From positions 319,619,402 to 319,683,401 of the forward strand of contig NC_085841.1 in assembly GCF_035594765.1 (NCBI RefSeq): 64,000 nt of DNA, in the 5' to 3' direction. Of this stretch, positions 23,115 through 37,917 are shown one piece after another. Source of the stretch: Anolis carolinensis. Its lineage: Eukaryota. Every line of letters starts with the position of its first letter. Positions within the stretch are counted from its first letter, which is position 1. Both the position numbers and the translations under genes were made by a program. A model generated the notes under the pieces. It saw only the letters and a program-made list of their open reading frames with translations. It searched no databases and was not told where the DNA came from.

Positions 23115-25642
23115 TAATCTGAAGAACAACATGGACAGTCCTAAGGGATGAAGTTATGAAGTAGCAATGAAAATAATTTTATGGTTGGGGATTAAAGAAT
23201 CACAGCATTAGGAAGACTGAGAACCACTGTACTAGGCTATAGTATATGTTGTAGGGAGGGAATACACTCTTTAAAGCATGCCTTAAAATGCACCCACAGT
23301 CTGTATTGGATCTTCATGTGGATGCTTTTCCTTCAAAATTGAAGAGTTCATTACATGTATTTAAAATAATGTGGATGCTTATTGTAGTGCAGAAATGTAC
23401 TGGTATTCAAACTGATTTTTATTATTTTCACCTTTAAAAAATAAGCATGGTAGCATACAATCCTGAATTTTCTATACTGTAAAATGAATGTATAGAATTT
23501 TCTGTACATTGCTATAAAATGTTAAGAAGTCCAGAAAAATAATAATATAGTAAATGCAAAGTATACTTCATAGACATATATTCCCATTTATGTTGCAGAT
23601 TAAAGTAATCACAAAATCCAATGTGTACACATAAAAGAGATGCCCTCCCCAATTATCAGGCTTTGTCAGATGCTTTCCAGTGTCCCTTGGGTATGTAGTT
23701 TAATTGTTGGTAATAAGCAGCATTCTTAAATCGATTCCATATAAAAAAGAACCCATTTCTATAACAATTTTGGTTATGGGTACCAATAATATTGTATTAT
23801 TGTGCATGAGTCTAGGTGCTGGGAAGGTTTAGCTGTATCATCAGGCAGCAGATGCTATGAATGGTCGAAACAGCCCTTCAAATATGTCTCCTCTGTTGGA
23901 AGAGCAATTCTCTGCTGAGAACAAGATTATATGTGACACATAGTCCATTTTACACATCCTAAATTGTCCTCAGGTATGCCTGCTGAAGAATACTGACCCA
24001 ACACCATGGTTAAAAAAGAAATCAGCTATGAGTCTGGTTTATTTCTATAGGTGGAATAGGGGAGGTATGCCTACTATTTACATCAGTAATCTCAGGCTAG
24101 CCTTGGTTCTGAGACTGACAGGCAGTGGCTTGTTGAAGTCCATCTAAGATATTCAATGATTCATACACTTAGACCACTTGTTAATACTGACTAGAGGAAA
24201 TTCATTAAATGAGTGGGATTCCTTCAGAACACACATAAATCAAGTCCTGTCAAGGTAATGAGTTTATCCTAATTGGTACTAAAATTGGATTCAGTTCTAT
24301 TCACTCCATATTTTGAAACCTATGTTTTCATCTTGACACCTCTTGACTGATTGACATCCAACATCTGTCAGTCTGATAACCGTGCTGATATGGACAACCC
24401 TTGCTGCTGTTTTGGCCCATAACCAGTCTCATTCTCTTGTTATATCTCTGTCACCAGTTATATGGAATATTGCATAAAGTATATATAGCTAGCAATTGCC
24501 TCAGTTAATTGACTGTAGATTATGTTCTACTAATATTGGTGCATGATTAATTACATTTTACTTTCACTGTTATAACAGTAGCCTATTGTGCTACAAAGGA
24601 AATTGTAAATGCACAGGTACAAGAACATAAGTATTTTTCATACTCAAGTGTTTGGATGTAATCCAGCATCATATGAGAGGACTTTAGTACCTACAATAAC
24701 ATTTCTAGCCTCGCCCAGCCTCTCCCCACATTTTTGATCTGCCTAGGAGATTTGAGGGACTGCAGGCTGTTGAAAGAGAAGAAATAATACATTCCTCTAG
24801 TCAATTTTTCTGGCATATGAGACACAGCTGAACCCAACACTAGGTTTTTGGTATGTTTTGTTTGTCTAAGCATTTGTACAACTAAGCTGTCTTTGACTTA
24901 ATAGGAAAATTGACAAATAGCGATGCATGGCAAAGGACAATCAACATGGTGTGACAGACATGCTGACATGTCATGCCTGTCAGCTGAAGAGATGGATTTC
25001 TTTTTAATTTAATGCCAATTCTTTACAATGGATGCTGATTAGCGAGGCCAAAAATGCCTTCACAGTGGTGTTTGATATTAGAAAATATTTTTTCATTGAA
25101 CATTCATGGGAGGTGGAGGCTGCCTGCAAGTCAACAATAAATTTCTCCTCTTACTTAGCTTTCCCAGTAGTGCACATTCCTGAGGAATAACTCACTTGGT
25201 TGGGGAAGCTTTTGGCTTGCTGCTGCTGCTGATGCTACTGGAAAGGACAGCTCTCTGGTAGAATGAATCAAAGTGTGCACCATTCAGAGAGAGAGGGTGC
25301 TGTTCATTTTCTATCTCCACCACAAGCTATTCAGCAACCCCCAACAAATTTTAACAATTGGTTTGGGCTGAGTTGAACAAGCTTCTCTTCACCACTGTGG
25401 ATAGGAATGGGATGAAAATGCAAATCTGCATGCACAACTTTGAGGTGCACAGATAAAGGGTTGAAGAACCTCAGTAGAAGAAATTATACATGCATGAGAA
25501 GCATTTATCACTGCTTCGATACAGCAATGACAAGACATGTATAGCAGATATGTGGTGTAGGGAAGCACAGCTATAGCACCAGAGTTCCTGAGCAGTTTCT
25601 GGTGAACATGTTGATCTGTGAATGGAAGCATTCTTTTGTCAA

Positions 25643-25910
25643 TGTGTTGTTGAAGACTTTCATGGCCAGAATTACTGGGTTGCTGTAAGTTTTCCGGGCT
25701 GTAATGGCCATGTTCCAGAAGCATTCTCTCCTGACGTTTTGCCCACATCTATGGTAGGCATCCCCAGAGATGTGAGGTCTGTTGGAAACTAGGCAAGTGG
25801 TGTTTATAAATCTGTGGAAAGTCCCACTTGGGAGAAAGAACTCTTGTCTGTTTGAGGCAAGTGTGAATTTTGCAATTGATCACCTTGATTTGCATTTAAT
25901 GACCTTGCAG
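25643..25910 (-). mobile_element. Penelope-like element terminal fragment with mutated hammerhead core
   Basis: Homologous to 4120-4256. Minus-strand core reads CTGGGGA..AAAA instead of CTGAGGA..GAAA. Confidence 0.8.
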
Positions 25911-28900
25911 ATTTTTTTGTTAGTGGCGTTTGTTAGAGAACATCACACTTTAAATGACAAGCTTTCATCTAGTTAAATAATCATCTACTACTGAGCAATT
26001 AATGCAGCAGGAAAGTGCAAATGCAAGTCAGTATGAATTCAAACAATGGTGAGATGCTGTAGCAGATCCCAAATGGAGGTGACTTACAAGTTGCTTGAAT
26101 TAAATGAATATCAGTTAGCCAGGTAGAATGGAAATCTACGGCAACACCTTTACAATTCATCTCAACATTCAGGTACACAATCCTGTCTGGAAGAACACCA
26201 TGCTTCAGAGCATTAAATGGAATTATCAGCTCATTGACTAAGATTAATGAACACAATATGAGACACAGTCAGGAAAAAGAAATTATTACATCCCCTCATT
26301 AGCTGTCTCATTGACATGACCTTGATTTGAAACAAATTTGATTATACCACTGTCATATAAACTGACACCATTTCAAATAGATTATTTCAGGATCATGGTA
26401 GAAATATATTACTATTTCAACAGAAATCAGGTGTGAGTTAAGTATTTAATGGTGATGTGAGAGGAAAATAGTAGAATAGCAATTATTCAAATCTTGCTTT
26501 AGTAGTGTAATTCAAATTCACTGTGTATCCGCTATATTTATTTCAATGCAATGGCTTCAGACTGTATATAATAGAGTAGATACAATATATTTAAGACTAG
26601 AAAATGAAATGTTAAAAAGAAAGCAATAATTGTCTATAACAATAAATGTCTAAACACGACTTGTAAGGCAGTGAAATTCTTGTGAAGTTTAGTTAATTTA
26701 AATTTATTTCAAAATTAGCAGTTTTTATGCATGAAAATATTATACATCTGCAACAGGTTGAGATGGGGCTTGCATTCATTCTCTGGGTAGCAGTGAATAC
26801 AGAGTTTCATTAGCAAATGATATACAGTACAGTATAAAATATGTTTTAAGAACACCAAACTGTTTTAAGACTTGTCTTTATTGGGATCGATGATAAAGAA
26901 ATTGAGGGACAACATGACAGAGAATTACAATACATGAGTACTACAACACATATTTTCACAAGCTGATTGGGTCAAACTATGAGTTATAATAATATTATGG
27001 TCTATTTTGCAAAATTAAAATTTTGTAAATTCTATGCAGAATTATATAGGTTGAAGATACTGCACTGTAGGATTTCTCAAAGAATACCAAAAACTGCCAA
27101 GAGGTTTCCAAAGAATATCATACTGATGCCTGCAGAAAACCTTGCATTCTGTCAATCAGCACTATCTTGGGCCACTTTATCATAGCTCTATGATTCCATT
27201 TTAACTACCATGGTTCCAGTCTATGGAATTTTGTTAGAATGGGTTTGGCTAAATAAGCAAACCTTTCCCCCTGACAATTCCTATTTCTGCAAATAGGTAA
27301 TGTTTGTTATGAAAAATGGTCTCTTAAATACAAAGAGCGAGTATCTTCATTGCTCTTTATCTTCAATGTATACATGCATTTAACTTGTGATATAGAGACT
27401 GCCAAGGTTTATTTCAATTCCATTTTTGAAGAGACTTATTGTGAATTCAATAATATTCCACTGTTAAAGAACTCAACTAGATGGAAGCCAGCCTTCCCAT
27501 CTTCTCTTGATGTGTTGTCATCACAAATTCCAAGGATTCAGTGTGGATTTCTTGTTCTCAATAGAACAAAAGGCAACAAAATGTTATAAGCAAGCTCTCT
27601 CCATCTCTCCCACATCAATTATCAGTCTTGCATATATGCATGTTCTGTTTCTCACAACAACTGATATATGCATACAGACGAATGCCTCCAGATGACAATC
27701 CCTTTATCTATTTATTTACAATGTTTATATCCCGCCTTTCTCTACCCCGAGAGGGACTCAAGGCGATATATTTTTACTTCTTGTTCTTTCTAATTTTTTT
27801 TCCTGTTGCTTCAAGATTAGGGATATGATTTTTCATTCAGTTTCATCATGAAGGAAGCAGCACTGTTAAATAGTTTTGTTCATTTTAAGACACTCCTTGA
27901 AACATACATTTTTCAAAACTATTTGCAGTTCACAACCTATTGTGTGCAAAATTTGTATGTGGGTTTTTGTTGTTGCAGAAAACAGCAATTTTTTGCATGG
28001 AAAACATTTTTTGCACAGAAGATAATATTGTTCCACTGAACTTTTATATACTCAAACCTACCATGCACACATTTTGAATGCAATTAATGTTGAACAGCAA
28101 GGGTTCTTGCAAATCTAGGGTTCTTCTCATCGGATTTTTTTTACTTCTGAATTTTTTTTTTACCATTTTCTAAATATTTCCCAATATTTTTTAAATCCTA
28201 CTCAAAATTCAGAACCCCTTCCCTTTTCAGTCTCTCTTGACAGATGCCATTGCAGCAGCTTGAAACTCAAGTACAGGTGGTGGGAAGGCAAAAATGGCAG
28301 CAGCAGCAGCAGCTCTCTTCTAGTGATATTGGAAGAAAGGGCTATTGTTAAGGGATGAATAGGCAATGGCAGGTACAAGTGTCCCAAAAAACCTCTATTG
28401 TATTCAAGGATGGTTTTCTCCCTTTCTCCACTATGCAATTTTCAGTTTGCATTCTTTGTTTCGCCAGACAACCAGCATCTACAGATTAGAAACTGGAGGA
28501 ATATCCATGCTTTCTTCTTTATTTCTCTCTCTTTTGTTGCATATACTTTTTATACCATGTATTTTACCCCACAAAATTGGCTCTCAGTGGGCAAGTGTTA
28601 GGGTTGTCAGGTGAAATAAGGGATAGGTCTCCCATGCCATTAATGTAAAGATGGGGAAAGTGTGGACCTGAGACTGTGTGTGCAAGGAAGTTATTGAGGC
28701 CCTCAATACATTCTGAATCCCCAAACAGACCTTTTTCTAGACCCCAAATAAGGAATAATTGTTTCTCCCAGAAGACTCCAAGTGCCTCCCAATACATGAA
28801 CACTCTTTTTGGGGGTTTTCTTTCTTTCATTGTTCAATGTGGCTCTTGCAGGAGGAGGGAGCAGAGTATTAGACCACCGTTGACCATCTTGATTTAAGGG

Positions 28901-30379
28901 CTATAGCAAGTGCTGTTTGCATGACAATCCTTAAAAAAACAAGAGTGCTGTGCTTTATAGTTCATTCCAGAAGTCAAGCAAAGCAGAAAAGGTGGGGGAA
29001 ATGTGGTCCATGTTCAGTACAAACAAGCACTCATGAATGTGTCCTGGCTTTGTGGTTTGAGAAATGGAGTTGTGATTAAGGATGGAGCAAGATAAATAGA
29101 TAAATGACAAAAAGATAAAAAAGAAGGAGAAGGAGAAGAGAAAGGCAAGTCAAACCAGTGTTCTGTCAGCCAGCAATTGCTCCCTGCCATAGTTGCTGCT
29201 TTGACTGGCAATCAACTCTTCATTCCCCATCTGTTCACAACATTTGGTGAAGAAACACAGGTTTTGAGGAGGACACAAGGGTCATCCAATCCAACCCCAG
29301 AAGCTCTCAAGTGCAGTGATTAGGGAAAAAAATGCCGCGTTTTGCTGCCTTAATGTGTTAATAGGAATATATTTTTCATAACCTGTTAAGATTATGATTC
29401 CAATATGGTTAAACATTCATGCAGAGCAGTAAAAACACAGAAGACTAGGGGTTTATGTGAGCAGAGGTAAAAAGAAATTAAACAATAAGACAAAATATCC
29501 AGCCTCCCTTTCCCTTTAAAAGGTCATGCGCATAAAATAAGCATCAGAGACATCAAATAAAATAGCAAAAATATGTTTACTCACAATCTTGTATGATGAT
29601 GGTCATACAGGCAAAAACATCTTAGTTCCAAAGAAAAACAGTTCAGGAAACTACATATCTCTTAACATACAGGAACATCAGCATGGCATGGTCAGGAGTG
29701 AAGAGGAAGAGACAGGAAGAGGCATCTGTACATCACTTCCTGTGTGTCCCCAGAAAGGATACACCCATTTCCCATTTCATATGCAAAACCCTTAAATGGT
29801 GGCTTCAACTCTGGAATGCATCTTGGCTCATGTTACTAAGCAACAGACATAACTAACTACATAAACCATCCCACATTGAAAATGCATGCATGATTGCTTA
29901 GATAACCCAACATGTGTGGCTTTGATGGGGCCTGCCTTGCGACATCACATAATGCATGGCAGGCCCCACCCACTTTCCTTCCAAAGTTGAAGCAAAAAGC
30001 TGAAAGGTGCTTCGCTCTCCACTACAGGGAGGAAAGCATTTGGCCCCCAAAGCCTGTGTGGTGGCAGAAAGGGCAGTGGGGCAATGTGCGTTGCCATGCA
30101 CTACTACCCTTTCTGCCATATGATGGGGTGGGGAGGATGGGAAAGGATGCCAACGCACTTTTTCCTTCCATTTATGGGTGATAAGGGGAGGAAGAAGGGT
30201 GCGCAGGGCACCATGAATCACCCTGCACACTTTCACTTGTGAAAGCTGGCGAGATGGAACGGCCCAGCTGGACCATGTGACAAGGTCCTTACATTTTAGG
30301 AAGATAGGAACAACATGATTACACTCTTTAATTGCCACAAGGGCTGTCCCAGAAAAAAGAGGGTAGAACCAACTCTAAT

Positions 30380-30600
30380 TTTTCTAGGAGAATAAATTTT
30401 GATTGAAGATTAGAAGGGATTTTTTTGCCAGTAAGAGCAATTTGGTAACCACTGTTTAGAGAGGTGATGGAATCTCCTTTTCTGGACACCTTCAGAATGG
30501 AATGGCTACCTGCTTGGAATGCTTTGACTGGAGATCCTGCATTGAGAAGCAGGTTGGACCTGATGGCCTACAAGGACTCTTCTGACTGTATTACAATATG
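30380..30600 (+). mobile_element. Old CR1 3' fragment
   Basis: gaagattagaagggatttttt..gtaagagc..ggtgatggaatctccttttctggacaccttc..ggttggacctgatggcc. Similar fragment at 44600-44765. Confidence 0.6.
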
Positions 30601-33600
30601 TGAAGGAATTATCCATAAAATCCTTCCATCTGACCTAGGACCTCTCTCTTTTGTCTTCAGGAGCAAGCAAACAGGACTTCCAGTTATTCGAATCTATGAG
30701 GCCATGCCATTATTATTGATTCAAGCTATTCACAGAGCAATGTGAACATTTGATAGGGGCCTCACAGTTTGTTTTTCTCTTACACTATTGCCTTGTAGAG
30801 AGTTGGTTAGAAATGAAATGTACTGGTATTTGGAATATGCTGTCATCTGAAAAACAGCAGCCAATTCCAGAAGGGAATATATATTACAAAACTCAGCAGG
30901 AATGGGATGTAAATACTGTGATAGAGTTTTAGATAGTCAGTAGTGCCTAATGATCCATACAGGGAAGAGGATTTCATTAGTATTGCATTGTTGAATGAGC
31001 ACAGCAGGAAGAAGATACAGAAATCCCTAACATCGCAAAGTTGTCATAATTAAAGAGAATGATGTATAATGATGAGAACTGGGGAGCTTAGAAGAGATAG
31101 TTCTATTCCTATTAATTCTAATGTAGTACTAAACTTTGAAAACAAGAGGTCTAGTAATTATCAGGATCGCAATACAGGATACCAACACAGTAAAAGATGG
31201 AAAATGTTAGTCTGGTCTATTCTGTTCAGCAAATGAGGTATTTTTCTAGAGTGGGTTTTATTTTGGCTTTAGCAAGGGTGAATTTTAAAGAATCTTATTA
31301 CATAGGTATTTTCTTTGCCATAGCCCCCAGAAGCCTGATATCATGGGCATTTGGAGTATGGTATTTCCAATTCTTGAATTTCAAGTACTGAGGTATTTTT
31401 TCATAACTTTGTTTATTAGATATCTCAAGTACCAAAGGATTTCCCCCAAAATTCTAGCTCTAAACTCTAGGCCAGCTAACTGGAAGCATTCCTGACTTAT
31501 CACCTTTTGACATTTCTTCCAGCTGAAGTTAGGGAATTTTGCACCTGCGGTGGAAATAAAATATTTTCTTCTGTGAGTGTATTTTTATGTGCATATCCTG
31601 TGTATGTGTCAAGTCACATGGGCACTTAGTACATTGTACATATTTTTGAGTTACATGGTCATTCAGTAACATAATCTTTTCAATCTATCAGTTGACCCTT
31701 CTCATGGGCATTTTTTTAGCTCTTCTCCTCACGACTAACCTCCAATTCTTGGCTGCAATTTCAGTACTCCCCGAGACTTTGTTTGATGCCAAACAGTGAC
31801 AGATATTACTGCTATAAGATTTATTGGAGGTAAATGATGCAGCAGATGGTACATAATAGAGAAGCTCTGCAAGCTTTTCACTGGTGGGGTCTTGCATCCC
31901 CTCACAAGCAATCAGAGAAATGGGCCCTAAAATAATGAGTTTTGTTCAGCCAATCCTTAACTCACAAACATGTTCTTCATAGCAGATTAAATGGGAAGTT
32001 CCTGGCAGAAGCTCAGTAAATTCTACCACACAGATTCCCCTCTTATGTTCCGTGCCCCCCTTCACTCACATTTGTTTGTTTGTTTGTTTGTTTAAAGTAC
32101 AATCTCTTTGGCCATGGGATATCAAATTCAGAACAATGATTTCAGAATAGTCTATATTACATCTTCTAGATAAGCTGATTAATGCCTTTTTAAAAATGGT
32201 AAAAGAACATTGACATGGTGTACTTTGTTATTACTTTTTTCTCAACATTTTGAACCAACAATTTAGCCAAAATTCTTGTGTGCTCAGCCTCATAAGCTTA
32301 CATAATTCTATCTTTCATGCATATCTACTTATCTTTTCTTTTTGTGGTTAGACAAAAAGCAACTGAAATATTATCTTTTATGCTAAACAGTTTTTCTTTC
32401 TCATTTCCAAAATCTCCGTATTTTCACAATCTATATAGCTGCCTGCTTATCTATTAGATATATTTAATCTCAAGTACGATGTGAAAGCCCACATGTCTTT
32501 GTGATGTAAAGGTTCTGAAATTGATATCAATTCTCTGGTAGTTGAGCTTTTAATAGACAGGAAAGACTGACAAGGAGCATGAAATGTGGGAGGATAGTGG
32601 TAACAGAAATTTAGAAAATAGTTATGCTGAGGTGATGTATGATAACAGACCTTAAAGAAGTATCAGCTCATCCACTATCCTTTAACGAATGCTCATATAT
32701 TACATTATGATATTTGTGGTTATCCATTAATAACTTAAATATGCTCAATTATTGCTGTCATTATGGTCAGTCATCAACTTTTTCTTACAGTTATTAAACC
32801 ATATAGTCAAGCTGGAAATGATTTTTGTATATTGATGTCAAGACTGTACCTTATTGTTAGTTTGCTGCCTGATTAGTAAGATAATAATCTTTGACAAGAA
32901 AGAGTGAATGTAGATAATATAAACACGGAAAAATGGCAACAGACTTTACTATAGCTCAATTGACTACATTCAGTGTTGCTCTACCAAATGCCCAATAGCA
33001 TGATAGATCTTTATCTCTATCTCCCCCCCCCCTCCTGACCTGATCTTCATGCTTCCAAAATCTGATTTTGGGAGGTCTACCAGGATTTTAAACATTTGGT
33101 AGTGAGGGGATCACAGCTTACAATTCTGGAACCAGTTCCAGTGGATTTGACCTTGTCCAATCCACTCTCTGTATCCACAGATTTTGCACCCATAGATTCA
33201 ATCATCCATGGTTTGAAATATTTCAAGAAACACATTTTTTTTAATGAGAGGGGCTTTACAGTTGTATGAGGCCCGTGGACACACTTTGCCCACCCTTGCT
33301 ATAGATAATTAGTATTAAACTGTCTGTGAAGGAGAGCCGTCCACCATTCATATCTTGATCACTTTTTAAAATACTAGTCTGATTTTGCAGTCATGTGGGA
33401 GCATTTTGTATACTCTTAGAAATGAATCTAACACAAGCTAATAATATCCTAAAAGGTGTTTGCATCATGTATGCAAGGATCATATAATCAACATGTAATA
33501 ATGCTGACAGATTCCAACCAGAAATGGATAAAATAAAACATGGCTAGCCATGTTAGTGCAGTCTTGGAGGCAGAATTTTGGCCCCGTAAAGCAGGGTGTT

Positions 33601-34540
33601 TCAAAAAGATGGAGCTGATTTGAAATTGCTATATTTCATAAGCCATTTTGTGTTTTGCAATTCAGCAAAACTGAATCCGAAATTGCTGTGCAGCATGTGT
33701 TTCAATGGTGTTGGGCACTGATCCACAAGTGCCAAAGAGCATTCATCATTGGTATTGGCAATTTGAGGAAACAGATTTATATAAGTGGAAGAGCAAAGTG
33801 TTGCTGAACTGCAGAACACAAAACATCTGATGTTGTGGGCTTGTTATCTTGCAAATGACTGGACCTAGAGGTTGTTTCTGGGCTGAGAGAATCATCTAGC
33901 CGCAATCATTTGAACTCTATGGCCCACCCTTCCAAGTGTAAAAGTTTCATTCATGGGCGGTTCATGGTTGCAGAGATATAGCGATTCCAAATTAGGTCCA
34001 TTTTTTGAAACATCCTGAACATGATTTCTTATTTTTTTTAAAAAAAATGTGGGTAAATAATTCAGGAACCCAAAAAAGTGAAGTCCAGGTGGACTTCACC
34101 ACCTCTCCTTTTAAACAATTTATATTTTATAGGTCACATAAAACAACTGGACCCATTCTAACCTGCATATCAGGAGAGGATTTTGACAAGAGTGAGTAAT
34201 TACCTACTTATGCTACTTTTTAGGCATTTAAACGAAAGTCTGTTGCTGCTGAAAATGTAAAATGAATTATATAATCCTCAACAACCCACTCACTATGCCA
34301 GGTTGTTAGTGCTTTACTGAAAAACATTTTATCTTAATTTAGCCCTTTTTAAAAAGTTTTGACACTATTCTATCATTTCACAGGTACAAAAATGCCATCC
34401 TTGAAATTTTCATTTTCTGAGAGCATGGTAGAACTAGCACAAAACTTCAGGTGGTCTTCATAATTGGATTTGAAATTTCTTCTACATAACAAAGTTTGTT
34501 CAGGTTTTCTTGTGATGATAAGTTGTTTTCTTCAAAACCA

Positions 34541-34720
34541 CTAGGGTTATCTGAAAAGTAAGGTTACACGACTTTTAAAATGTGAAGAACAAATATATTT
34601 CAACAAAACTTACGTGAATCATAGCATAGACACTACACCACTTTTTCACATAATCACCACTCTATTCAACACACTCTGACATCTGTGGGACGAGTTCCCT
34701 GTGACTGTGTCATAGAAGTT
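34541..34720 (-). mobile_element. Mariner transposon 3' end
   Basis: TIR-like CTAGGGTTATCTGAAAAGTAAGGTTAC. Minus strand FYD..ELVPQMSECVE*SGDYVKK matches the mariner transposase C terminus. Confidence 0.65.
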
Positions 34721-36375
34721 TCCCGCCGGAGGAAACAGAGCCAGAGCTGGGAGCGGGCGGTGGAGGCAGAAGCGAGGCAGAGGTGCCTCTTGGCTGGAGG
34801 GGCTCCCCTTCCCCCCAAGGCTCACCCCAGGAGAAGGAAGTCAGACATAGTTGCCTCTTCTCCTTCCTTTCTTTCTCTCTCTCTTTTTCTTTTTTCCCCT
34901 TTCTGGATTGGGGGGCGGCTTGCATGTTGCACCATTTCCTTCTTGAGAAAAGGAGGGGGAAGAGGGAGGAAGAGGAGGAAACACTGCTTTAGGAAACCGC
35001 CATTGTCTGCTTTTTAAAAATTAATAAAAATCATAATTTATTTTGTAAAAAAAGGAGAATAATTAATTTTTGTCAAGAAAAAACTAAACGATAGTTACTA
35101 GCATATCTGGGTACTTTTAATGGGCACTTATAATGTATTTTTCCATCTATATTGGTTTCCTTTTTCTGTTGAATTAAGAAGGAAAAGAAAAAGACACGAG
35201 GCACAGCTGAGGCTATTTTTAGAACTGGTGTCAGGCTCATTTTAAGTGATAATACACTAAAGCACCACAAACTGCCACATACCCGAGAATAATTACAATC
35301 AACCTCATGAAACTTTAACACAGAAACTGCTGCATTATTTAGAATATTAATGTGGTTTCAGGAAAAGTAATTACTGGTTATCTATAGCTATCGTTTGCTG
35401 TCTAACTCCAGAGGTACTGTCTGAAGTAGGAATCAAGGCAGAATGCACCAACTATCCAAAGGAAGGCTAGGTGCCCTTCTTTGGTTTCCTCCTTGCTTCT
35501 AATGCACCTAATCCATGTTTTAAGAAGTAAAACTAGAAAAATATCTATGGAAATCACAAAATTAGCTAATCATACTTTGTCCCATCTCCTTGTGGGAAAA
35601 TAATGCCCAAAGAAAAAGACTCCAATGTGGGTTGGGGTATCTATGCATGAACCTTTAAGACCACTGACACTACAGAATTATACCAGTTTGGAATCACTTT
35701 AACTGTCATGGCTCTGTCATATGGAATCACAGATTTCTTGTGTTTCCAGAATTTTGGGATAGAAATGGATAAATATCACACAAAACTACAAACCTCAGAA
35801 TTCAAAAGTATTGAATTTATAAGGTGTCAAACTGGTATAATTCTGTAATGTGAATACAGCTTTTTGTATACACAGTTTGCTACATTGAACACATCACAAC
35901 CTACTCTGGGACCAAGTTGGTATTCTGGGATTTGTAATTTGATGGGATATTTAGTATTCTGTGGCAAAGAATTCTAGTGCCTCACCAACCTAGAAATATT
36001 ACAATTGTATCACCCCTCTTTTACTTTATTCAGCATGCTTTTTTCTCCCCCTCTCCACTTGGCATCATAAAGTGTTCAGTCCTGATATGCATACATGGGA
36101 ATCTCTTCATATTTTATATTCAGATATATTTGCACATATGAGGATCAGCGCATAACAAAATATTTTTTTTAAAAAACTTTCAGGAGATGTCCCCTGTCTA
36201 CCCTTTATTTTATTCTGAGACAAAAAAGGGCTGTGATGATGGCAGGGAATACAGCCCAGGTCTCACAGGTCTTTGTGGGGAACTGCAGAAAGGTCTCAGG
36301 TTTGTTTATCCCTCTTTGAACATCTTCATTTTGGTGCTGTCTGGAAGCGCCCAAAGCCAATGACAATCCTCCCCA

Positions 36376-36515
36376 GGGCCCTTCCACATAGTCATATAAT
36401 CCAGAATATCAAAGCAGAAAATCCCACAATATCTGCTTTGAACTGGGTTATATTGCCATATATTCCTGTTCAAAGCAGAAAATGTGGGATTTTATTCAGC
36501 TGTATGGAAGCAGCG
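36376..36515. mobile_element. Harbinger-like palindromic MITE
   Basis: GGGCCCTTCCACATAG..CTGTATGGAAG with internal inverted repeats. Related fragment at about 44956-45075. Confidence 0.55.
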
Positions 36516-37917
36516 TCGATCTTTGCAGTACCTACAGAAATATTATCCTGAACAATACAAAACAATTTCTGCTGCTACTGCCACCTATGTTGGTGCAGTT
36601 CTGTCAGCCAACAAGTTTGTAGCTGTTATGTGCAGCCATGTGATGGCTGAAAACAGCTTTGGGACTTTATTGCTCAAGCTAGATGTGATATGGAAATATG
36701 GGGATCTTTTCCAGAAGCAGCCTTGGGGAGCTTCCATCCAAACAAAAGGATAGTAGTGGATAGTCTTGACTCTGTGCCTTGTTCTCCAAACAGTCACTCC
36801 CATTCTTGCAGATCAAGAAAGTTCTATCAAAAGCTCATGTATAATCCCTGTCTATAGGAAACAGTGCCATACAAGCACCAAAGCAGATTTCCCAAGAAAC
36901 TGTATTTAGGTTTGATGTTCAAAAAAGAAAATTACAGTTACCCTAATAATGTTATAGGATAAGAAGTTGAGTCCCCTTTTCCTCAAAAATTCTTATCTTT
37001 CAGATTTTCATGAATGAGTTTCTTACCAGCGCATGCTGCCTGTGGTGCTTGCCTATAGAGCTGGCAAAGTGTCTTTCCCCTGGAAAGAGTCAGACAAGCC
37101 AGTTGCAAAAAAGGCTTTGAAGATATTGGCTGTCCTTCTGGAAATCTGAGGTGAAACCAGAGGTGAACTTTAAAATATCTGTTGTGACTTGAATTCTGTA
37201 GTCCAGTTTGCATATTTGTAAATAAATACAAATATTACAGAACATCAAGAAATGTCCTACAAACCTATGTGAAAGGAAACCAAGCTGAAGCAAACACTGA
37301 AGTTCTAACTATTGAGGAATCCTTAACAAAATTTAATATCTATATGGAAATTTAAAATGTTCAGGTTATTAAGGACTCTAATCCATATAACAACCTTGCA
37401 ACTATTGTGATTATGATTTATGAAAAACCGCTTTTGAAACAGAGTGGTTCCCTGATATGATTGTTATTCCAGAAGCATCTAAACTGGTAGATGTTTTCTG
37501 CCTTGCTGTCAGCATTCTGTGTACAATGATGTTATGCAACTTTATTGGGATACATACAGATGCATCACTCCTTATTTAAAAGAAAACATTGCTGCATAAA
37601 TGAGCTCTAAGCTTTTGTTTAGGAAGATAATAAATCATCTGTTGTGGGTAAAAATAAATTTCAGCATGTGAACCAGATGTAATTAAAGCTGCATTGTCTT
37701 GTTTTAGTCTGCTAGTTACTGAACCGGTGCTGTAGAACTTGTTAATGAATTGCTGTGAAAACTAAATGGTGCATTTTATTGTTCATCATTTGAGCAGAAA
37801 GTGGTCAGATCAAGTAACACATTTGTGGCTACTAATTTACTAATCGAACTGTTGGAGGAAAAAATGGAGTCTTAAATTCATGTTATTCCTGAAGTACCAA
37901 ACAAAATGAAGGTTTTT

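Larger units (their letters stand above)
20683..23229. mobile_element. SPIN/URR1-type hAT non-autonomous element with about 2.3 kb of cargo
   Basis: Termini CAGTGGTTCTCA / TGAGAACCACTG; imperfect 8-bp TSD CACTAGGT/TACTAGGC. Subterminal gttatgaagtagcaatgaaaataattttatggttgggg..cagcattaggaag matches the SPIN/URR1 end as I recall it. Confidence 0.8.
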
